In this document: piece by piece, positions 1 to 8,151 of the stretch
Layout of the letters: each line of letters opens with the position of its first letter
How positions within the stretch are numbered: the stretch's first letter is position 1
IMG/VR virus record: IMGVR_UViG_3300031541_000022
Coordinates: 1 to 41,154 of that record
Length of the DNA: 41,154 nt
Source of the DNA: a virus
Reading direction: 5' to 3' (one strand)
Program-made: the position numbers and the translations under genes
Notes under the pieces: generated by a model
The model's database searches: none
What the model was told of the DNA's origin: nothing
Seen by the model: only the letters and a program-made list of their open reading frames with translations

Positions 1-17
1 AAGGGGGGGGGGGTAAC

Positions 18-140
18 ATGAACGATCAAGAAGATTTGGAATTCAGCAATATTGGACGGAGCGAACGTTTTCTTCCAGGCTGGTGGTTTGTCCCAAGTGT
101 GGTAATTGGCACCATCATTTGGGCTGTGATTCTGTTTTAA
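18..140 (+). CDS. small membrane peptide (40 aa)
   Basis: Hand translation MNDQEDLEFSNIGRSERFLPGWWFVPSVVIGTIIWAVILF; C-terminal hydrophobic helix; G-run upstream; stop overlaps the convergent gene's stop. Confidence 0.55.
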   Translation: MNDQEDLEFSNIGRSERFLPGWWFVPSVVIGTIIWAVILF

Positions 141-850
141 GTGTCAGCCTGCGCTACAACACGTCGCTGACGTAGCTGACTCATACCAGGTAGAAAAACA
201 CCAAGCTGGCGGTAGTAAACAAACTCCGCCTGCTTCCTATCGAATTCGTTTTGTATACCTGCCACATATTGTTTGCGCAACAGTTGCACACCTTGAATAA
301 TCTGTTGGTTACGATCCTTGGTTGCACTGTAGTCACCTAGCTGCATAACTCGCGCTTCAGCCAAACGCAATTGTGGATTGACGTTACCGCGAGCAATAAT
401 ATCTGCCGCGAGCAACCAATTGGCGTTACGCACTGCGTCTGCTAGGTCATAGGTTCCCTCGTCAGCTTGAACAGTTCGCCAGGTCCCAGTATCCAAGAAC
501 AGGCTGAGCAGTGCGTCATAGGCTGCCTGAGGTATGCCTACAATTGGCAACTGTGCACGTAACGCTTTTTGTCTGTTACGCACAAAGCCCACCCACTCAG
601 CGTATGCTTGTGGCTCAGTGTAACCCTGTTCGTCGTCAGGATCACCAATACCATATCCAATCTCAAATTCACCATCTGCATTTATATAACGGACCCCGCT
701 CCAGGTTTTCTGTCCTAGTATCACATCAATCATCGCTTCACTTACGATAGCAATACCAACGTTGATTACGAACTTAACAGCAAACTCATCCTGAACAGTG
801 AATGTGTCCCACTGTATACGTCTATTAGCATCAGGCAAACGAAGTATCAT
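137..850 (-). CDS. baseplate-associated lysozyme-like (GH24-fold) protein, probably catalytically degenerate
   Basis: IGYG, PQAAYDALLSL..DTG and LRLAEARVM resemble phage lysozyme motifs; ATGA-coupled to the gp5-like gene. Confidence 0.55.
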   Translation of the reverse strand: MILRLPDANRRIQWDTFTVQDEFAVKFVINVGIAIVSEAMIDVILGQKTWSGVRYINADGEFEIGYGIGDPDDEQGYTEPQAYAEWVGFVRNRQKALRAQLPIVGIPQAAYDALLSLFLDTGTWRTVQADEGTYDLADAVRNANWLLAADIIARGNVNPQLRLAEARVMQLGDYSATKDRNQQIIQGVQLLRKQYVAGIQNEFDRKQAEFVYYRQLGVFLPGMSQLRQRRVVAQADT

Positions 851-2610
851 GCAAAGCCTCCGCTTGTATGACGGTCAATAGTTGAGCGAGCATATGCAGG
901 TACACTGCGGTTAGTGTAGTCGCTACCCCAGCCTGCGCGAGCTCCATCACGGGCATCAAAATGCAAACTGCCTCCATTATAGACACCAATACCACGAATG
1001 CCAACGGAAGAGGCAATTGCGATGAGATTTAGTCTATCGTTATCTGTTAGTCCGCCGCCGCTAATGTCAACAGCCTTACCAAGTTGGTGTTGTGATCTCC
1101 TAGCGCCGCCAACCTTAGCATTATAGCTAGGTGAGCGGAAGCCACTTGTTACAGTAAGTGGTCGTCCAAAGCGGCGGGCTACTTCTTCAACTTGGCTGAG
1201 CAATGTAGGATCAATACGTCTGTCAACGTTGCTGCTGAACTGTAGGAATGCACCGCTTTCGCTTTGTGCTGGTGGGAAGTTGTTGATATCAAAATCACCA
1301 GTCTGGTCATTGTAACCTGACAAGTCAGTTGGTGTTCCGTAATAGTAGCTGTTACTGTCGCCTTGTGCTACTGCACCGCTTGCACTGGCAGTATCAAGGA
1401 CACTGACATCCAAATGTCCAGCCCACGGCTCTGCCTCTGGTACACGGCGCGACACACTCTCTGTAACGTTGAGGTTACCTGCAAGCTGTGTAACTTGTGG
1501 CACTGCCGCAGCCGCAGCCGCTGGTCCGTTCATGTCAATACGTGCCGCAGTTTCACGATAGTTACCTGCAATACGCACGTTGCCATTGGCATCAGCGGTG
1601 AGGTTCATGTTAGCTGCACATTTCATATTAAAGCTTCCACGTGTCGCTTCCATTTTGATGCCCTCAGCACCAAGTGCTTTCATGTTAATATTACGTCCCG
1701 CTTGCATATTAAAGCTACCACCAACGTGTAAGTTGTAATCACCTTGTGTGTGCACGTTTAAGCTACCACCTGCGTAAATGTCTAGGTCGCCATTACGGTT
1801 GAGTTCAATCCACACATTGCCTTCACGGTTAACGATATATGTGAGTCCATTTGTGTCGTCCATTAGGATCTGTGCACCACCTGCGGTACGCATACGCATA
1901 CCTAGGTTGTCGCCATCTTCCAAACTACCATCGTCCATTGTGATTGCATGACCTGTTGGGCTGCTAAATCCATTGACACGGCTGCTTGGATCACGAATTG
2001 GTGTTGCAAAGTTCTGTCCACGAATACGGTCACGATCCAAACCCTGTGTGCGCAATGCTTCTGCTTGTGGATGCTCAGGTGGTGGCTCACGTGTAGTGTT
2101 TGCTGTGGCAGGAACTTCCTGACCAATTGTGGTCTCGCCAGTATCAGTTGAACGAGTGCGGCCAGCGCCTGCAACACCTTCTTGACGGTCAATGTCAGGC
2201 AGGACACCAATAACAATACCACTATGAGTGTCACCGCTGAACGCAACAAGAACTTCATTACCATTATCTGGCGGACTACCAAAAACACCGTAAGCAATTT
2301 GTCCTGTCCCACCACCATCAGCTGCGGCTGGTGCAGTTGTACCGCCATATGGTGTTAACTGGCGGCACCACATAGCACCAAACCATTCATTACCATTTGT
2401 TGCAGTGCCAGGATCTAGTCCAGGAGGTGCCATGCCATAAAATTTGTGTATTTGTACTTTGATACGACCTTTACGCTCAGGGTCTTGGTTGTTAACAACC
2501 ACGCCTCTGTAAACACCTGCAGGAATTTTAACGCCTTTGTTCATGACATTCTGGTTATAGTTGTCACGTACTCTGCGGCTCGGGGTATCTACTGTTCTAT
2601 TAATTGACAT
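847..2610 (-). CDS. gp5: gp5-like baseplate hub/spike with C-terminal peptidase M15 domain
   Basis: N-terminal GVVVNNQDPERKGRIKV (gp5/VgrG OB fold); beta-helix-like repeats; C-terminal VTSGFRS..YNAKVGGARRSQHQLGKAVDI...LHFD. Confidence 0.85.
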   Translation of the reverse strand: MSINRTVDTPSRRVRDNYNQNVMNKGVKIPAGVYRGVVVNNQDPERKGRIKVQIHKFYGMAPPGLDPGTATNGNEWFGAMWCRQLTPYGGTTAPAAADGGGTGQIAYGVFGSPPDNGNEVLVAFSGDTHSGIVIGVLPDIDRQEGVAGAGRTRSTDTGETTIGQEVPATANTTREPPPEHPQAEALRTQGLDRDRIRGQNFATPIRDPSSRVNGFSSPTGHAITMDDGSLEDGDNLGMRMRTAGGAQILMDDTNGLTYIVNREGNVWIELNRNGDLDIYAGGSLNVHTQGDYNLHVGGSFNMQAGRNINMKALGAEGIKMEATRGSFNMKCAANMNLTADANGNVRIAGNYRETAARIDMNGPAAAAAAVPQVTQLAGNLNVTESVSRRVPEAEPWAGHLDVSVLDTASASGAVAQGDSNSYYYGTPTDLSGYNDQTGDFDINNFPPAQSESGAFLQFSSNVDRRIDPTLLSQVEEVARRFGRPLTVTSGFRSPSYNAKVGGARRSQHQLGKAVDISGGGLTDNDRLNLIAIASSVGIRGIGVYNGGSLHFDARDGARAGWGSDYTNRSVPAYARSTIDRHTSGGFA

Positions 2611-2618
2611 GACTATCC

Positions 2619-4703
2619 TTAAATTAATCCTCTAGAGATATTTTCTTGAAGCTGTGCAAGATCGATACCTGCTTGTCGTGTGCGGCTATTACTTAGTGAC
2701 GGTGCTGATGCATCTTCTCTGTCTAATGCGTCTGCGGCTGTTGGTGTATTTGTACCAGCATCGCGCACTGAGTTGAGTATCATTGTAAACTGACCATCAC
2801 GATACCTAGCAATAACATCACGCACCGTGTAATATCCACTTACTTCATATTCTGGGCTTGGCTTACGGCGGCCCTGACTATCTTCAAATGGCTGTGGCAG
2901 GTTAAGCTTGAGGAAGAATCCATGTGTGCCACGCTCATAATTAGCAAGTCCAGGATCTTCAGCCAATCCAGTATTGTAAAAACTGTTTGGACGACCGAGC
3001 CAGTATGGGTCACCTCTAATCATCAGTTCTATCTTGGCAAGGTCAGCTGGGTTATCAATGTTTGCTTGCAATGCACCAAAGCGCAACATACCACCGCGAT
3101 TATCATTGTCACTGCTGTTACCACCATCATCGTCATTAACCACGTCAGTTGCAAAGCGCATTTGCAGCGCGAGAGTATCTGGTGAATAACCAATCTCGTT
3201 TAATATCTGATTGTATTGTGATGCAGCATTACGGAAGTTGCTTCTTGATGTTGTAATCTGTACGTCAATTGCACCCAATGCAGCGTCAAGAACGCCGCCT
3301 GCTTGTGGCAAATCAAATTTTAGTCCTGCGCGTTGACGTTCCAGTCTGGAAATCTCAGCACGTTCTTCACCAATAACTCCCAATAGGCGGCCTGCTTCCT
3401 CTTCTAGTCTTGAGAGTGGATTGTCAGTTGATTGGCTTTGCACTGGTGAAAGATTGTCAGCATAACCAAATTGTCCGCCGCCGTATGGCGTGACATAGTA
3501 GTAAGCGCGGTCAAATTTAATGTCAAACTCTAGAACCTCAGTGTTCTTTCCAGTGTAAATGTATTCGTATTTCTTGCGCAACAATTCACTTTGGCGCAAA
3601 TTCTCTACACGCTGTCTTTGAATTTGTGAATTATTAATTCCGTTAATATAAACCTGCGGACTGATAATTTCATCAGCGATAATGTAAGGCTTGATACGAT
3701 ATGTGATTTTCTTGGCATACTCACCGCGCAAAATATCATACTCACCATATTCCAAGTTTGCTTGTACTTTGTGAAAGACAGGTAATTGGTCCAGTTTATG
3801 TCGTGGATCTTCGTTTGGACGTTCACGCGCATATTCTCTGCTTCCATTTCCTTCAAGTAGAATGTTTTTGTATTCCGCAGTTAGTCCAAGAATTACTGTA
3901 ACGATGTCTGTCAAATTAGAACCGTTGTTAATTGTGATTTGCAGTTTGCTATCTCCTGCACCTGACGATATAATGTTGAAGCCACTGTGCGTTTCTTTTT
4001 CAGCCAAGGCTTGGAATTGCCATTGTTCCCAACTGCTAATTGATTCGTCAAACTCATAGTTAATGGTGTCAGCGTAGAGCTGGTCAGTTGAATATGTAAT
4101 TGCTTCTTCTGCTGACTGATTAATACGTTGGTTGAATAGGTCGAAAAACTCACCCACTGTGGCCGCTTCAATTGTAATCTGATTACGTATAACGTTGTTC
4201 AAATAGTTGTAGGCTGTGGTGCTGTTTTCGTGGGCAGTGATGTAATACATTGTGCCGCCCTCGTCAACCTTAAATTCAAACTCTCTGATCACCACTGGGT
4301 AATAAAATACCTGAGGGTGTTTACGCACTGCCCCGTTAGCGGTGCGTCCATTAAACTCAATTCTGAGAAGGTAGATAGCTTGCTGGTGATTGACAATCCC
4401 CAGCCTATTTGCTGCTTTGCGAATTGTGTCTAGCAATGTTACACCATTTGGTTCTGACACTGTGATGTTAAAACGATGACCAAATGCACTGCGTACCTTG
4501 TTGTGACCAGACACATAATGCTGTTCCAAGTCGCTAATGTTGTAACGGGCCTCTCGAGCATTATCAATGATGAGAACACTACGACCTGACAGGCTGATAT
4601 TGCGTTCCATTTCTGGAACACTGTCAGGTCGGATCATAAACATTGAAATGTTATATGTATAGGTATCGTAAACATTAAGTTGGTTTTCGAGATATTCAGT
4701 CAT
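2619..4703 (-). CDS. baseplate hub / tail protein (gp27-like)
   Basis: 694-aa ORF between the gp53-like and gp5-like genes; C-terminal IELMIRGDPYWL and SGYYTVRDVIARYRDGQFTMIL typical of hub proteins. Confidence 0.6.
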   Translation of the reverse strand: MTEYLENQLNVYDTYTYNISMFMIRPDSVPEMERNISLSGRSVLIIDNAREARYNISDLEQHYVSGHNKVRSAFGHRFNITVSEPNGVTLLDTIRKAANRLGIVNHQQAIYLLRIEFNGRTANGAVRKHPQVFYYPVVIREFEFKVDEGGTMYYITAHENSTTAYNYLNNVIRNQITIEAATVGEFFDLFNQRINQSAEEAITYSTDQLYADTINYEFDESISSWEQWQFQALAEKETHSGFNIISSGAGDSKLQITINNGSNLTDIVTVILGLTAEYKNILLEGNGSREYARERPNEDPRHKLDQLPVFHKVQANLEYGEYDILRGEYAKKITYRIKPYIIADEIISPQVYINGINNSQIQRQRVENLRQSELLRKKYEYIYTGKNTEVLEFDIKFDRAYYYVTPYGGGQFGYADNLSPVQSQSTDNPLSRLEEEAGRLLGVIGEERAEISRLERQRAGLKFDLPQAGGVLDAALGAIDVQITTSRSNFRNAASQYNQILNEIGYSPDTLALQMRFATDVVNDDDGGNSSDNDNRGGMLRFGALQANIDNPADLAKIELMIRGDPYWLGRPNSFYNTGLAEDPGLANYERGTHGFFLKLNLPQPFEDSQGRRKPSPEYEVSGYYTVRDVIARYRDGQFTMILNSVRDAGTNTPTAADALDREDASAPSLSNSRTRQAGIDLAQLQENISRGLI

Positions 4704-4990
4704 TATAGTCCTGCAATAAAGCCACGCGTTGGCACACGGATTGTTTTGCCAGTTGTGAAATCATTAATTGGGTCTACGATTGTATTGCGATTGTAGAGCG
4801 TAAAGACCCACCAATACGCGGCTTCGTCATATAATTCGTATGCTAATAGGTCCGGACGTCTGTTGTACTTTTGGACCAGTGTTAATTCTTCTGTCTGTGT
4901 AAAGTCTGGTGTAAATGGTGGATTGTAGATATCTGCATATCCGTTTATCACTGTAACGTTTCTTAGGTGACTTGTCTGCTTGTATGCCAT
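4703..4990 (-). CDS. gp53: baseplate wedge protein, gp53/LysM-like
   Basis: RPDLLAYELYDEAAYWWVF..N...DPI.DFTTGKTIRVP motif. Confidence 0.8.
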   Translation of the reverse strand: MAYKQTSHLRNVTVINGYADIYNPPFTPDFTQTEELTLVQKYNRRPDLLAYELYDEAAYWWVFTLYNRNTIVDPINDFTTGKTIRVPTRGFIAGL

Positions 4991-5634
4991 TAAATAAATC
5001 CTCCACCTTGTGAACGGTATCCCTGCCCTGTAGCTAGCTCACCAAGTCGAAAATTGTTTTGTTGCTCTGGGCTATACTGTGGTAGTAGGTCCATAGCAAT
5101 TGTCATGATGGCTGGGATTTGCACCGTCTCACCAGCCGTCTCAACTTCAATGTAATCAACACCATCTTCGTAGATAAAGTTAAAGCTGCCAACCAATACT
5201 GGGATGCGACGGAAGTTGTAATTTCCGTATGCGCTAAACTCCAAAACTGGGGGCGGCGTGCCTGCTTCCGGATCGCCTGGGCCAAAGTTCATCTTGGTTA
5301 CAACACGTAGGAAGTGCATTACTCCCACGGTATATGCTGCTTCAGCTGGTGTGCTGCTAGCAAACATTGCAGTAACCTGAATATTAGGGTTACGTGTTCT
5401 GCTATATGCATTCTGCTGATAGTTTGTGTGCACTAGGTCGTACTGGCTGTAATCAACTTGGTGCGCAACTGAAATGTTTGGTGTATAGGGGAACAATATT
5501 CCGCCTGTGCGGCGTAGGGCGTTGCCCGGGCCTTGGAATGGCAAGTCATAGGTCACGTTGAAGTTAGACGCCTGTGTGCGACCTATCTCTGTGCCTCTTG
5601 TAGCTAATCTTGCTCGTTGGTCTGCTCTTGCCAT
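4990..5634 (-). CDS. baseplate / tail tube initiator-like protein
   Basis: FPYTPNI and GTPPPVLEFSAYG motifs of contractile-tail tube-initiator proteins; first gene of the baseplate operon. Confidence 0.65.
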   Translation of the reverse strand: MARADQRARLATRGTEIGRTQASNFNVTYDLPFQGPGNALRRTGGILFPYTPNISVAHQVDYSQYDLVHTNYQQNAYSRTRNPNIQVTAMFASSTPAEAAYTVGVMHFLRVVTKMNFGPGDPEAGTPPPVLEFSAYGNYNFRRIPVLVGSFNFIYEDGVDYIEVETAGETVQIPAIMTIAMDLLPQYSPEQQNNFRLGELATGQGYRSQGGGFI

Positions 5635-5698
5635 GTCGTGATCCCGATAAATATATGTGTAAATGCCGCTAATCCAACATTCATCACTATCTAACTGA

Positions 5699-5705
5699 TA
5701 TTTAT
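5699..5705 (-). promoter_or_regulatory. T4-like late promoter for the baseplate operon
   Basis: ATAAATA on the minus strand about 65 nt upstream of the 5634 start; the same motif precedes most structural operons. Confidence 0.7.
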
Positions 5706-5721
5706 CAGCCTGAAAACCGGC

Positions 5722-5750
5722 TTGACTTCAATGGGTTAGGGCGTTATACT
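5722..5750 (+). promoter_or_regulatory. sigma70-type promoter for gp55
   Basis: TTGACT-N17-TATACT, followed by AAGGA RBS and ATG at 5771. Confidence 0.75.
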
Positions 5751-5770
5751 GGTATCAACAAGGAAACCTA

Positions 5771-6664
5771 ATGGCCAGGAAGAAATCCACAAAATACTTA
5801 AACAACAAAGATATGTTAAAGGAAATCCATGCAAGCAAGATGAGTTTCTGTTATGCACTGGATGATCAATCCAAACAATTTGATATTATTGTAGACAGCG
5901 TCGAAGAAATTACACCAGACATTGTCCAGCAAGCGAAAGAAAACAAAGCGTCGAGACTCAGTTCATTAGGATACGAACGTGGCATTGACCACTGGTATGA
6001 CACAGACGGCAGTCGTAACACAAAACCCAAGCAGGCTGACTTTCGTGTAGACCCAAACAGCATCTCAGATGAAGACGTGGTATTCCGCGTTATGACATAT
6101 GGTCATATTCCTGAGACGCCTGGAAGAAAAAAGAATCCAAAAACTGAAGCAGACCGCCATACCCGTCTCAACTTCCCACCGTTTAAGCACTATGCGTTTA
6201 TCAACGGTGAGTTGCGCGAAGTTCTTCGCAGCCATTGGGAAGGCGGACTTGATAATGGTCACTTCCGTATGGATCATGGTAGCCTAACACCTGAATTGGC
6301 TCGCATGATGATGAAGTTGGTGGAGCGATACGGCATGCGCGGCAACTGGCGTGGCTACACATACAATGATGAGATGCAATCTGCCGCCTTGCTACAATTA
6401 AGTGAAGTAGGCTTGAAGTTCAACGAGGCTCGCAGCCAGAACCCATTTGCCTACTACACTGCAACAATTACCAATAGCTTTACTCGTGTGCTCAATCTCG
6501 AAAAGCGTAACCAAAACATCCGTGACGACATGTTACAGGATGGTGGTTACATGCCAAGCTTTAACCGTCAGCTAGACGACGAAGCAGCGCAGCAACGAGC
6601 ACGTGAAGAAGATGAAGAAAAGAAACAACAGGAACTCAGAGATGCAGGGTATAACACCATCTAG
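5771..6664 (+). CDS. gp55: late-transcription sigma factor (T4 gp55-like)
   Basis: NWRGYTYNDEM, KFNEARSQNPFAYYT...NSF..L..EKR; T4-like synteny with gp47 and gp46. Confidence 0.9.
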   Translation: MARKKSTKYLNNKDMLKEIHASKMSFCYALDDQSKQFDIIVDSVEEITPDIVQQAKENKASRLSSLGYERGIDHWYDTDGSRNTKPKQADFRVDPNSISDEDVVFRVMTYGHIPETPGRKKNPKTEADRHTRLNFPPFKHYAFINGELREVLRSHWEGGLDNGHFRMDHGSLTPELARMMMKLVERYGMRGNWRGYTYNDEMQSAALLQLSEVGLKFNEARSQNPFAYYTATITNSFTRVLNLEKRNQNIRDDMLQDGGYMPSFNRQLDDEAAQQRAREEDEEKKQQELRDAGYNTI

Positions 6665-6827
6665 ACAGAAATTCAAATTAACATGGCTAAACGGCAAAGT
6701 GCCAACTGACTCAATTGCAGAACAACTTCAACTCATTGAAGAGCAACATTTATTTGAACCAGCTGATGGAACAACTTGGTATCCTATTGAACACAATGAG
6801 GAAACTTTTCATGTCCAGGTTGCTTGA
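6642..6827 (+). CDS. hypothetical protein
   Basis: ORF fills the gap between gp55 and the gp47 promoter; start uncertain. Confidence 0.35.
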   Translation: MQGITPSRQKFKLTWLNGKVPTDSIAEQLQLIEEQHLFEPADGTTWYPIEHNEETFHVQVA

Positions 6828-6852
6828 CAACCAGCGTCTAACCTGTTAATAT
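6824..6852 (+). promoter_or_regulatory. sigma70-type promoter for gp47/gp46
   Basis: TTGACA-N17-TAATAT with extended -10 TGn; GAGGT RBS before TTG at 6878. Confidence 0.75.
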
Positions 6853-6877
6853 CATTACATAAATTGAGGTCGCACTC

Positions 6878-7897
6878 TTGACAAACTTATTCAGCAAAGC
6901 CGCGTGTTTTACTGACATCCACTTTGGCAACAAAAATAACAGCCGCCAGCATAACATTGACTGTGAAGAATTTGTTATCTGGTTTGTAGAAGAAGCCAAG
7001 GCTAGGGGTTGTGAGACATGCATATTCGCAGGTGACTGGCACCACCATCGTGCAAGCGTAAACGTGTCAACGCTCAACTATAGCGTGAGCAACCTACAAA
7101 AGCTCAGTGAAGCTTTTGAGAATACCTATATCATTGTTGGCAACCACGACTTGTTCTACAGAGAAAAGCGTGAGATCAACAGTTTCCCCTACGCAGAGCT
7201 ATTTGGCAATATCCACATTATCAACGACGACATCTTCCAGCAAGGTGACGTTGCACTAGTCCCTTGGCTAGTTGGTGATGAATGGAAAAAGATGAAGAAG
7301 CTGATGAGCAAATATGTGTTTGGGCACTTTGAGCTACCACACTTCATGATGAATGCCATCGTAGAGATGCCAGACCACGGCGAGCTCAAAGCAGACGATT
7401 TTAAAACTGCGGACTATGTCTTTAGTGGACACTTTCACAAGCGTCAAACTAGCGGCAAGGTCCATTATTTAGGTAGTCCTTTTGCGCATAATTATGCAGA
7501 TGTGTGGGATGACGATCGTGGTGCAATGTTTTTAGAATGGGGAGGTGAGCCTGTATATGTCAACTACGACGGGCCCCGTTACATTCGTCTCAATCTCAGC
7601 GACCTGATTGAGCGGCCAGAGGACTACCTAAATAGCAAAACGTATTGTCGCGCAATGCTTGATGTTCCTATCAGCTACGAAGAAGCGAACTTTATTAAAG
7701 AAACATTTATGACTCAGTTCAATCCACGTGAACTCAGTCTTATTCCTCAAAAGAAAGAGGACTTGCACGTCGATCCTGCACAGGACGGCGACTTTATTGT
7801 TGAGAGCGTAGACCAAATTGTCTACAACCAACTGCAAAGCGTGGAAAGTGAGATGATCAGCACAAAGACGCTAACAGATATATACAAGGACTTGTAA
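6878..7897 (+). CDS. gp47: recombination endonuclease subunit (Mre11/SbcD-like)
   Basis: Metallophosphoesterase motifs DIHFG, GDWHH, GNHD, GHF, SGHFH. Confidence 0.95.
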   Translation: MTNLFSKAACFTDIHFGNKNNSRQHNIDCEEFVIWFVEEAKARGCETCIFAGDWHHHRASVNVSTLNYSVSNLQKLSEAFENTYIIVGNHDLFYREKREINSFPYAELFGNIHIINDDIFQQGDVALVPWLVGDEWKKMKKLMSKYVFGHFELPHFMMNAIVEMPDHGELKADDFKTADYVFSGHFHKRQTSGKVHYLGSPFAHNYADVWDDDRGAMFLEWGGEPVYVNYDGPRYIRLNLSDLIERPEDYLNSKTYCRAMLDVPISYEEANFIKETFMTQFNPRELSLIPQKKEDLHVDPAQDGDFIVESVDQIVYNQLQSVESEMISTKTLTDIYKDL

Positions 7898-7899
7898 AC

Positions 7900-8151
7900 A
7901 TGGACAAGAAACAAGAAAATATCAATGAAATTCACGCACAAGTAACTGGGTGGACTGAAAAATGGGATGCAGATGGGCGACCAGAAATCGACCCGACCGA
8001 TCCCGAGTTTGTAGACATGATTAACACCCTCATGGATCAAGACATGGACACACTGCTAGTGCTCATGGGCAAAGCTGCACAGGAGGCAGGTATGAACGAA
8101 ACACTTAATATGCTTAATGATATCAATGACGAAGGTATGGGCAACGGCTAA
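7900..8151 (+). CDS. hypothetical acidic protein
   Basis: 83-aa ORF tightly packed between gp47 and gp46, with an upstream AAGGA. Confidence 0.7.
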   Translation: MDKKQENINEIHAQVTGWTEKWDADGRPEIDPTDPEFVDMINTLMDQDMDTLLVLMGKAAQEAGMNETLNMLNDINDEGMGNG

